A stretch of 64,000 bases of DNA, from contig JANNXV010000011.1 of assembly GCA_031409815.1 (NCBI GenBank), positions 7,148 to 71,147 of the forward strand, given 5' to 3'. Origin of the DNA: Bacteroidota bacterium (GTDB lineage Bacteria > Bacteroidota > Bacteroidia > AKYH767-A > OLB10). Positions 17,881 through 25,567 of the stretch are shown here, piece by piece (within the stretch, counting starts at the first letter, position 1; every line of letters starts with the position of its first letter). The notes beneath the pieces are model-generated. The model saw nothing but the letters and a program-made list of their open reading frames with translations. It had not been told where the DNA came from and did not search any database. The translations under genes and the position numbers were made by a program.

Positions 17881-17909
17881 GGGCTGACAAAAATTTTGTT
17901 GGCCCTTTT
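17881..17909 (+). terminator. rho-independent terminator
   Basis: GGGCTGACAAAA-ATTTTGTTGGCCC forms a hairpin followed by TTTTC. Confidence 0.7.
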
Positions 17910-17996
17910 CGCGTTTGATGCAATTGGAAATCTAAATTCAAACGTTCTTACTGCTGTTAAAACTCTTATATTTGATAAATGAAAACCATTTAAACC

Positions 17997-19223
17997 ATGA
18001 AAACCAATCTCACAATCTTAATTATACTATTTGCTTTTATTCAATTTGCAAAAGCACAAAATACGTGGGTGCAGAAGGCAAATTTTGGAGGAATCGGTAG
18101 ACAAGGTGCTGTTGGTTTTAGTATTGGTAACAAAGGATATGTTGGAATTGGATTTGATTACTCTGTTACATTGCATTATCATAAAGATTTTTGGGAATAT
18201 GATTTGTCAAGCAATGCTTGGACTCAAAAGGCTGATTTTGGAGGTACTGCACGTTCAGGTGCGGTGGGATTCTGCATTGGTCCAAAAGGATATTTAGGAA
18301 CAGGAAGTGATTCAAGCTTTTTTTATTATAACGATTTTTGGGAATATGATCCTATTGTAAATACCTGGACACAGAAGGCCGATTTTGGTGGTACTCCTCG
18401 TGTTAATGCAGTGTGCTTCAGTATCGGCACTAAGGGATACATAGGCACCGGGAACGGCTTAAATTTTACTAGTTATAATGATTTATGGGAATATGATCCT
18501 GCTCAGAATATATGGATTCAAAAAACCAGTTTGGGGGGAACCACTAGAAGTAGTGCAGTGGGTTTTAGCATAAATACTAAGGGATATATTTGTAGCGGTG
18601 CAAATTTTGGTTTTGGTGTTTTATTAACCGATTTATGGGAGTTTGATCCATCAGTAAATTCCTGGACACAGAAAGCGAATATGATATTTTCAGGAAGATA
18701 CGGTGCCACAGGATTTAGTATAGGAAATAAAGGATATATCGGCACGGGTAATTATGGAGGGAGTGTTAGAAATGATTTTTGGGAATATAATGTATTGGTT
18801 AACAATTGGACGCACAAAGCAGATTTCGGTGGTGTTGCTCGAGAAGGAGCAATAGGCTTTAGCATCGGGAGTAGAGGATATATCGGTACCGGACAAGACA
18901 TAAACAACAACAATGCAATTGATTTCTGGGAATACATTCCCGACACCACCACATCCACTAATGAACTAACTCCTTCAAGCAATACTTCCATTTACCCCAA
19001 CCCATGCCATGGCAGTTTTACTTTCTCTTATCATAACATAACACCACCATCCATATTAAAAATAATGGATGGAGCAGGTAAAATTGTTTACACACAAAAT
19101 TTATCTGCAATGGAAGGCACACAAAAAATAAATGCAACCGCTTTGCGCGATGGTATTTATTATTATGAGGTGTTGAGTGATAATAATGTGATGGGTGTGG
19201 GGAAGGTGGTAATAGTAAGGTGA
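17997..19223 (+). CDS. secreted seven-repeat beta-propeller (Kelch-like) protein with T9SS C-terminal sorting domain
   Basis: 408 aa with a signal peptide. Seven ~48-aa repeats follow the pattern W.QKADFGG..R.GAVGFSIG.KGY.GTG...DFWEYDP. The C-terminal ~80 aa are of Por-secretion CTD type (IYPNPCHGSFTFSY...GIYYYEV). Confidence 0.55.
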   Translation: MKTNLTILIILFAFIQFAKAQNTWVQKANFGGIGRQGAVGFSIGNKGYVGIGFDYSVTLHYHKDFWEYDLSSNAWTQKADFGGTARSGAVGFCIGPKGYLGTGSDSSFFYYNDFWEYDPIVNTWTQKADFGGTPRVNAVCFSIGTKGYIGTGNGLNFTSYNDLWEYDPAQNIWIQKTSLGGTTRSSAVGFSINTKGYICSGANFGFGVLLTDLWEFDPSVNSWTQKANMIFSGRYGATGFSIGNKGYIGTGNYGGSVRNDFWEYNVLVNNWTHKADFGGVAREGAIGFSIGSRGYIGTGQDINNNNAIDFWEYIPDTTTSTNELTPSSNTSIYPNPCHGSFTFSYHNITPPSILKIMDGAGKIVYTQNLSAMEGTQKINATALRDGIYYYEVLSDNNVMGVGKVVIVR

Positions 19224-19225
19224 GG

Positions 19226-19250
19226 AGGTTTGTGAACTAAACCTTTTTTA
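19226..19250 (+). terminator. rho-independent terminator
   Basis: AGGTTT-gtgaact-AAACCT is followed by TTTTTTACG. Confidence 0.7.
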
Positions 19251-19290
19251 CGATTTTTGTTAATCGAAATAAAGAGAATACGTAAGTTAC

Positions 19291-19539
19291 ATGCCTGAGA
19301 TAAGTCGCTTTTATGGTTTAATAATCTACATGTTTTTTAATGATCATGTTCCCCCTCATTTTAAAGTGAAATATGCGGAGTATGAAGCCAATGTTTTAAT
19401 TGAGAACGGCAATGTGCTGAATGGAGATTTACCTACAGGTAAATTAAAACTTGTTCAAGCCTGGGCAGAAATACATAAAACAGAATTAATGGAAATGTGG
19501 AATACAAAAGATTTTCATAAAATAAATCCTCTTCAATAA
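19291..19539 (+). CDS. DUF4160 family small protein
   Basis: 82 aa. MPEISRFYGLIIYMFFNDHVPPHFKV matches the DUF4160 N-terminal block as remembered (MP.IS.FYGI.I.MY..DH.PPHFH). Not verified by search. Confidence 0.6.
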   Translation: MPEISRFYGLIIYMFFNDHVPPHFKVKYAEYEANVLIENGNVLNGDLPTGKLKLVQAWAEIHKTELMEMWNTKDFHKINPLQ

Positions 19540-19820
19540 TGGAACGGGTAGTTGAAATAACTGAGATTGGTAAATATTACTGTGTATGCAGGTTTAATAA
19601 CGGCACCATTAAAAAAATAAATATTGAACCATTAATTAAATCTCACGCTAACAAATTAACCCGCAACCTTTTTGACTTCTCCATTTTCAGTGAAGTTAAA
19701 ATTGGAGATGTTGGACAATTGTATTGGGCTAATACTTCAACTATGAAAGATGAAAAAGGAAATATTATTCCTTGTGAATATGATATATCTCCTGAATTTA
19801 TTTTCAATAACGCTGTTTAG
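19539..19820 (+). CDS. DUF2442 family small protein
   Basis: 93 aa. Its start overlaps the stop of the upstream gene by 1 nt (TAATG). The size and the YWANTS...PEFIF block are consistent with DUF2442, the usual partner of DUF4160. Confidence 0.5.
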   Translation: MERVVEITEIGKYYCVCRFNNGTIKKINIEPLIKSHANKLTRNLFDFSIFSEVKIGDVGQLYWANTSTMKDEKGNIIPCEYDISPEFIFNNAV

Positions 19821-19860
19821 ATTTTCAGTTTACATTTTGTTTTTTATCACAAATAAAAAA

Positions 19861-19886
19861 GGGCTGATGATATTTTCATCAGCCCT
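19861..19886. terminator. bidirectional rho-independent terminator
   Basis: GGGCTGATGA-tatttt-TCATCAGCCC is a perfect hairpin flanked by an A-tract upstream and a T-rich stretch downstream. It lies between the convergent DUF2442 gene and metK. Confidence 0.8.
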
Positions 19887-19908
19887 CTCATTTTATATTA
19901 ATGACCTA

Positions 19909-21225
19909 TTAAGCCATCACCAAACTTGATTGTTTTACTTTGTTGGCAACCATCTTAGTTACATTTTTATTTAACCCGAATGCTGATTTTATTTTCTCAA
20001 CATAATCCAGTTTCTCCCAAGTAAACAGTTCCACTTTCTTAACAATTTTTTTGCCATTCACCGTAAAGGTTTTGGTTACTTCTTTTGGCTCACGACCCAA
20101 ATGTCCGTAAGCAGCTGTTTCAGAATAAATAGGGTTCTTTAATTTCAAGCGGTCGATAATAGCTGCCGGACGCATATCAAAAATGGCTGCTGCTTTTAAT
20201 GCAATTTCTCCATCCGTCATTTTTACTTTAGCAGTGCCATAAGTGTTTACAAACAAACCCACCGGTTTTGCAACACCAATTGCATAAGCTACCTGCACCA
20301 ATATTTCGTCAGCAATGCCGGCTTTCACTAAATTCTTAGCCATGTGACGTGCAGCATAAGCAGCAGAACGGTCAACCTTCGAAGGGTCTTTACCTGAAAA
20401 AGCACCACCACCATGTGCGCCTTTTCCGCCATAAGTATCCACAATAATTTTGCGGCCTGTTAAACCGGTATCTCCATGCGGACCACCAATCACAAACTTT
20501 CCGGTTGGGTTAATATGGTAAGTAATTTTATTATCAAACAAAGCCTGAACACGCTTTGGTAATTGTTTCTTTACTCTTGGTATAAGAATGTTGATCATAT
20601 CATCCTTAATCTTCTTCAACATCACTGGCTCTTTTGCAAAATCATCGTGCTGAGTACTTACAACGATGGTATCAATACGCACCGGTTTGTTATTATCATC
20701 ATATTCAATAGTCACCTGGCTTTTTGCATCGGGGCGCAAATATTTCATTTGCTTTCCTTCTCTGCGAATTTTGCTTAGTTCGCGTAAAAGGTGATGAGCA
20801 AGTTCTAATGCTAATGGCATCATATTATCCGTTTCGCTGGTAGCATAGCCAAACATCATTCCCTGGTCACCAGCACCTTGTTCTTTGTGCAAGCCTTCAC
20901 CCGAATTAACTCCCTGGGCAATATCAGGCGACTGTTGATGCAAAGCGGTAAGAATTCCGCACGAGTTGGCTTCAAACATGTATTCAGCCTTGTTGTAGCC
21001 GATCTTTTGAATGGTTTCGCGCACCACTTCGTGAATATCAACATACGCTTTGGTGGTTATCTCACCGGCAACCACCACTTGTCCTGTGGTAACTAAAGTC
21101 TCACAAGCCACACGTGAGTGAGGGTCTTGAGCAAGCATATTGTCAAGGATAGCATCCGATATCTGGTCGGCAACTTTGTCTGGGTGTCCTTCTGATACGG
21201 ACTCTGATGTGAATAAATAAGGCAT
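19909..21225 (-). CDS. metK: S-adenosylmethionine synthetase
   Basis: 438 aa with [28 protein letters not shown] and the [23 protein letters not shown]-loop. A ~50-aa C-terminal extension is present. Confidence 0.95.
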   Translation of the reverse strand: MPYLFTSESVSEGHPDKVADQISDAILDNMLAQDPHSRVACETLVTTGQVVVAGEITTKAYVDIHEVVRETIQKIGYNKAEYMFEANSCGILTALHQQSPDIAQGVNSGEGLHKEQGAGDQGMMFGYATSETDNMMPLALELAHHLLRELSKIRREGKQMKYLRPDAKSQVTIEYDDNNKPVRIDTIVVSTQHDDFAKEPVMLKKIKDDMINILIPRVKKQLPKRVQALFDNKITYHINPTGKFVIGGPHGDTGLTGRKIIVDTYGGKGAHGGGAFSGKDPSKVDRSAAYAARHMAKNLVKAGIADEILVQVAYAIGVAKPVGLFVNTYGTAKVKMTDGEIALKAAAIFDMRPAAIIDRLKLKNPIYSETAAYGHLGREPKEVTKTFTVNGKKIVKKVELFTWEKLDYVEKIKSAFGLNKNVTKMVANKVKQSSLVMA

Positions 21226-21367
21226 TTTTAAATTTTAATTTAAAGGATTATTGTTTTTATGATTTACGCTATTTAACGATGACAGAAAGCTAAAAGTCCA
21301 ATTTTTTAAATCATTCTGTTAAAGGGTGGCCAAAGATAGAAAAACCCAATAGAATAACATGAAAAAT

Positions 21368-22303
21368 TTATTTCACTGGTTGGGTAAGCTCATGGAAAAT
21401 ATGCTCCAGGCTGCGTTCCTCTTTTTGCAGGGTAATAACTGTTAGCTGCTGTTCCACCGCAAAATTGAATAATTGTGGACGAATGTCATTTTCAGACTTA
21501 AAACGGAATCGGCTAGCGTCTAATTTGTCGACAGACGACACGCCAGCGATTTTTTTCAGCAATTGAAGGTCAACGGGCTTATCAAATTCAATGATCACAC
21601 TATTGCTGTTTGCCGATTGCTGTTGCAGGATTTTGGTGTTGTCGTCAGCCACAATTTTGCCTTTGTTGATGATGATAACACGGTCGCAAATAGCTTCCAC
21701 TTCCTGCATGATGTGGGTGGAAAGAATCACCGTTTTTTCTTTGCCAATATTTTTAATCAGTGTTCTTATTTCGCTCAATTGATTCGGGTCAAGGCCCGAA
21801 GTGGGCTCATCCATCACCAATACTTTGGGTTGATGAATGAGGGCCTGCGCTATGCCGACTCTTTGGCGAAAACCTTTACTCAAAGCACCAATTTTTTTAC
21901 TCTGTTCAATACCTAAACCAGTAAGGTCGATCATTTCTTTAACCCGGTTATCCAAATTCTTAATTTGATACACACCACCAACAAAATGTAAATACTCTTT
22001 TACATACATATCTAAATAAAGTGGATTGTGCTCGGGTAAATAACCAACCTGCCTACGCACTTCTACCGAATTTTCATTTACATCATAACCCACCACTTCA
22101 GCCGAGCCCGATGTTTGTGGAAGAAAGCAGGTAATAATTTTCATCATGGTGGATTTGCCTGCTCCATTAGGGCCTAAAAATCCCACCACAGTGCCCGATG
22201 AAACTTCAAAACTTACATTATCCAGTGCTTTTTGTTTTCCATACAGCTTGGTGATGTTTTTTACTTTAACCGACATGGCACAAAAATAATCTTTGTCAGC
22301 CAC
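21368..22303 (-). CDS. gldA: ABC transporter ATP-binding protein, GldA-like (gliding motility ABC ATPase family)
   Basis: 311 aa with Walker A (GPNGAGKST), the signature LSKGFRQRV and Walker B (VLVMDEP). The blocks GYLPEHNPLYLDMYVKEYL and LSTHIMQEVEAICDRVIIINKG match GldA as remembered. The GldA assignment is not verified. Confidence 0.55.
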   Translation of the reverse strand: MADKDYFCAMSVKVKNITKLYGKQKALDNVSFEVSSGTVVGFLGPNGAGKSTMMKIITCFLPQTSGSAEVVGYDVNENSVEVRRQVGYLPEHNPLYLDMYVKEYLHFVGGVYQIKNLDNRVKEMIDLTGLGIEQSKKIGALSKGFRQRVGIAQALIHQPKVLVMDEPTSGLDPNQLSEIRTLIKNIGKEKTVILSTHIMQEVEAICDRVIIINKGKIVADDNTKILQQQSANSNSVIIEFDKPVDLQLLKKIAGVSSVDKLDASRFRFKSENDIRPQLFNFAVEQQLTVITLQKEERSLEHIFHELTQPVK

Positions 22304-22347
22304 AAGTGTTGCAATGGTTTACTTTTTCTGAATAGTTTAGCGCTGCA

Positions 22348-23304
22348 ATGGCCACTCATAAAGTTCTACTAGTTGATACTATCCATCCTGTTTTTAATCA
22401 CCTGATCAATCAGGCAGGAATTCAATGTGATGACGGAACACATTTATCGAAAGAAGAAATCATCGAAAGAATAAATGAATATGACGGTATAGAAATACGC
22501 AGCAGGTTTAAAATTGATAAGGCTTTTCTGGATCAATGCAATCGTCTAAAATTTATTGCACGAGCCGGTGCCGGAATGGAGAACATTGATGTAAAACTTG
22601 CTTATGAAAAAGGAATTGTATGTATCAATGCTCCTGAAGGCAATCGCGATGCAGTGGGTGAGCACGCCATCGGAATGTTGTTGATGTTTTTCAATCATTT
22701 AAAACGAGCGGATGCAGAAGTGCGCCAGGGAATTTGGAAACGCGAAGAAAACCGCGGAACAGAATTGCAGGGAAAAACAGTGGGAATCATCGGTTTTGGA
22801 AATATGGGTTCCGCTTTCGCGGAAAAACTGAAAGGCTTTGGAGTAAGAATTTTGGCATATGATAAATACATTACCATTGATCAAACTAATTTTCCATATG
22901 TAACACAAACCACTTTAGAAACAGTATTTGAACAAACAGATATTCTCAGCCTGCATATTCCGCTAACTGCCGAAACAAATTATTTAGTTAATGATTCCTT
23001 TTTTCAACAGTTTAAAAAACCAATTTACGTTATCAATACAGCAAGAGGCAAAGTGGTGGACACAAATGCATTGATGAATCAATTAAAAGCTGGAAGTGTA
23101 ATTGGTGCTTGCTTGGATGTGTTAGAATACGAAAGCATTTCGTTTGAACAATTGGCGCATGCCAACATGCCCGAAGCATTTCAATATTTAGTACAATCAG
23201 AAAAAGTAATTCTAAGCCCTCACATTGGTGGATGGACGCACGAATCGAATGAAAAGATTGTACGCGTTCTGGCAGAAAAAATAATTCAGTTATTAAAAAA
23301 ATAA
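22348..23304 (+). CDS. D-isomer-specific 2-hydroxyacid dehydrogenase (D-3-phosphoglycerate dehydrogenase-like)
   Basis: 318 aa. An NAD-binding motif (GKTVGIIGFGNMGSAFA) and a catalytic His region (LSPHIGG) are present. Confidence 0.8.
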   Translation: MATHKVLLVDTIHPVFNHLINQAGIQCDDGTHLSKEEIIERINEYDGIEIRSRFKIDKAFLDQCNRLKFIARAGAGMENIDVKLAYEKGIVCINAPEGNRDAVGEHAIGMLLMFFNHLKRADAEVRQGIWKREENRGTELQGKTVGIIGFGNMGSAFAEKLKGFGVRILAYDKYITIDQTNFPYVTQTTLETVFEQTDILSLHIPLTAETNYLVNDSFFQQFKKPIYVINTARGKVVDTNALMNQLKAGSVIGACLDVLEYESISFEQLAHANMPEAFQYLVQSEKVILSPHIGGWTHESNEKIVRVLAEKIIQLLKK

Positions 23305-23306
23305 AC

Positions 23307-23693
23307 ATGAGTGAACGACAAAATATTTCATCCAATTCACCGTGGGAGGACGTAGTTGGTTATTCGCGTGCGGTTCGTGTTGGCAATTTGATAGAAGTAT
23401 CGGGCACCACTTCCGTTGATGGAGATCAGATTATTGGAAAAGGAAATGTTTACGAGCAAACTAAATTTATTTTTCAGAAAATAGAAAAGGCATTACAACA
23501 AGCAGGATCAGGATTGCAGGATGTGGTGCGAACACGCATGTATGTAACCGATATTTCGAAATGGGAAGAAATTGGAAAAGCACACGCAGAATTTTTTAGC
23601 ACCATTAAACCTGCCGCAACAATGGTAGAAGTAAACGCTTTAATTAACCCGGAGTTGTTGATTGAAATTGAAGTGACAGCTTATCTTAAGTAA
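23307..23693 (+). CDS. ridA: RidA/YjgF family protein
   Basis: 128 aa with a YjgF-like fold signature (RVGNLIEVSGTT...RTRMYVTDI...MVEVNALI). Confidence 0.75.
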   Translation: MSERQNISSNSPWEDVVGYSRAVRVGNLIEVSGTTSVDGDQIIGKGNVYEQTKFIFQKIEKALQQAGSGLQDVVRTRMYVTDISKWEEIGKAHAEFFSTIKPAATMVEVNALINPELLIEIEVTAYLK

Positions 23694-23742
23694 GTTTGTA
23701 AAAGAAGAAATGAGATGGTGGGTAATAATGCGCGTTTATTTT

Positions 23743-23768
23743 TTGCAGGTCAGAAGGAAGACCTGCAA
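23743..23768. repeat. hairpin TTGCAGGTC-agaaggaa-GACCTGCAA at 3' end of T9SS-cargo gene; mirror partner at 25386-25412
   Basis: Perfect 9-bp stem. The loop is the reverse complement of the loop of the 25386-25412 hairpin. Confidence 0.6.
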
Positions 23769-23784
23769 AGGCGAAATTGTTTAC

Positions 23785-25293
23785 TTATTCTTTAATGACT
23801 TTCACACTTGCAACTTTTTCACCCCATTGCATCTTACAAAAATAAATTCCCGGAGCATGTTTAGTAATATCCACCTGTTTATACTGACTCCACTGTGCCA
23901 CTTCATCTTTAAAAATTAAATTACCGTTAACATCATACACCTGCAACAAACCTTGTTTGTCATGCACATTAAACCACAATGTAAAATGACCATCATTGGG
24001 GTTTGATAAAACTTTAATGCTTTCTTTATTTGGTGGATGCTCCGCAATACCAACATGAATACTATCACAAATACTTGCGCTATCTGCACCCAAAAAATAA
24101 TTTGGATGGTTTGGTAAAGTGTTGAAATAGTAAGCCGGAAGTTGAATAGCATGTTGAACTAAACCACAAGCTAAACCTAAACTATCTGGATTATTTATAA
24201 CATGGATATGAAATGTGCCATTGCCTGTGGTGATATAAATTTTCCCATTTGAAGCTAATTCAGCATTATCGAAGACTGTAGCAAATGGCGGTTGAGGAGA
24301 ATAAAAGCCATCCCACGCTGCGACAACTATTTTGGTGCTTGCTAAATTTGGATTAGTTATATCGTATTGGTAAACAGAATCTATATTGCAAACGTAAAGA
24401 AGGTTTGAATTAGACGAAAATTCCACTCCCCCTCCATAGCCATTACTTTGAGGTATGATAAGATGAATAGGATTGGTAAATTGCCCTGTACACCTGTCAA
24501 AATCAAAAACCTCTAAATTTCCTGTAGTAGTGTAATTTGCGAATAAATAAGCAAACTTTTTTCCGTCAGGAGAGAATTTTACCTGTCCAAATCCATTTAT
24601 TCTGTTTATTCCAATATTTTGAGTATAGGGACCATTAATACCGTTTGGTGTTACTAAAAACTTATATATCAAATCTGTATTCGTCTGCATACACACAATC
24701 CACCAATCTCTACCATTACCGTGCTTGCAAGCTGTTATCTTTCCCATATTGATTGTATCGGATATTAATACAACATTTTTATTTGAAGTAACAGCTCCTT
24801 TGCCATTATTCAAACTCATATCAATTTCACTGTAGTACAAATGCAGTGTTCTACTATAGAAAGGTGCGTAATCAGGAACAGAATGAAATAAATAAAATAA
24901 ATGATTACTGTTTGGTTCAGGGATTATAAGACAAGCCTGTGGAACTGGCAGACCATTGGGTTCATTAATTCTAATTCCGCTTGGGCTTATATTATCTCCA
25001 TTTAACATAATTGTATCGGTCGCATCAGCAATGTCATAACCATTGGTATAAAATAACATATTTCCTGATGAATCAGAAATATTTGCATGAGCACGGCTAA
25101 GGTCTAATGGACGGTAACCAATATAGTTTATAACAGGACTACTACTAATAAAATCAATGTTAAATCCACCCCAAGGTAGTCCTGCGGAATTATCATAGCC
25201 CATGTACCATAAATTATCAATGCCTTGATTTTGTGCAAACATTTTGATGAAACAGCATAAAAATATCAGCAGCAGAAATAAACTCTTTTTCAT
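23785..25293 (-). CDS. secreted protein with T9SS C-terminal sorting domain (paralog of 48085..49458)
   Basis: 502 aa. A signal peptide is followed by QNQGIDNLWYMGY. The C-terminal ~80 aa are Por CTD-like (KVLSNPNDGHFTLWF...GIYFCKMQWGEKVASVKVIKE). It shares an N-terminal QNQ.NNWYFGY.AG.NF block and overall layout with the 48085 gene. Confidence 0.6.
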   Translation of the reverse strand: MKKSLFLLLIFLCCFIKMFAQNQGIDNLWYMGYDNSAGLPWGGFNIDFISSSPVINYIGYRPLDLSRAHANISDSSGNMLFYTNGYDIADATDTIMLNGDNISPSGIRINEPNGLPVPQACLIIPEPNSNHLFYLFHSVPDYAPFYSRTLHLYYSEIDMSLNNGKGAVTSNKNVVLISDTINMGKITACKHGNGRDWWIVCMQTNTDLIYKFLVTPNGINGPYTQNIGINRINGFGQVKFSPDGKKFAYLFANYTTTGNLEVFDFDRCTGQFTNPIHLIIPQSNGYGGGVEFSSNSNLLYVCNIDSVYQYDITNPNLASTKIVVAAWDGFYSPQPPFATVFDNAELASNGKIYITTGNGTFHIHVINNPDSLGLACGLVQHAIQLPAYYFNTLPNHPNYFLGADSASICDSIHVGIAEHPPNKESIKVLSNPNDGHFTLWFNVHDKQGLLQVYDVNGNLIFKDEVAQWSQYKQVDITKHAPGIYFCKMQWGEKVASVKVIKE

Positions 25294-25385
25294 GTTATGT
25301 AGTCTTTGACTTAGTGGATGACTGCTAATTTTCCTTTATCAATTACAGTACCATTGCATAAAACCGAATAGTGAAATATTCAGCC

Positions 25386-25412
25386 GATGCAGGTGTTCCT
25401 TCCACCTGCATC
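25386..25412. repeat. hairpin GATGCAGGTG-ttccttc-CACCTGCATC upstream of T9SS-cargo gene; mirror partner of 23743-23768
   Basis: Perfect 10-bp stem. The stem core GCAGGT and the loop are the reverse complement of the 23743 hairpin. Confidence 0.6.
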
Positions 25413-25461
25413 AAACAATGAATGCTGTTGGTGGACGGAACAACAACAGCGAAAAAAAAAT

Positions 25462-25517
25462 CTTTAATTAACCCTGACTTGCTAATTGAAATTGAAGTGA
25501 CTGCTTATGTAAAGTAG
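25462..25517 (+). pseudogene. orphan 3'-terminal fragment of a ridA paralog (encodes ...ALINPDLLIEIEVTAYVK*)
   Basis: About 85% identical to the ridA 3' end at 23638-23693, in frame and ending in a stop. Upstream homology is absent: it is preceded by CGAAAAAAAAAT rather than ridA sequence. Confidence 0.7.
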
Positions 25518-25567
25518 CATCCATTTGATTTTATAACTAACTGCTACAAAATAAAGCTGTTTTTCCT

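Noticed and set aside
18031-18991. Alternative-frame and antisense ORFs within the beta-propeller gene (18031..18297(+), 18518..18991(-))
   Set aside because: They are shadow ORFs created by the internally repeated coding sequence. The in-frame product has a signal peptide, 7 coherent repeats and a CTD.
21226-21367. SAM-I (S-box) riboswitch upstream of metK
   Set aside because: No GGUGGAGGGA...GCCC / kink-turn core or four-way junction could be recognised by eye. Only a weak SAM-II-like pseudoknot candidate remains, listed as a low-confidence finding.
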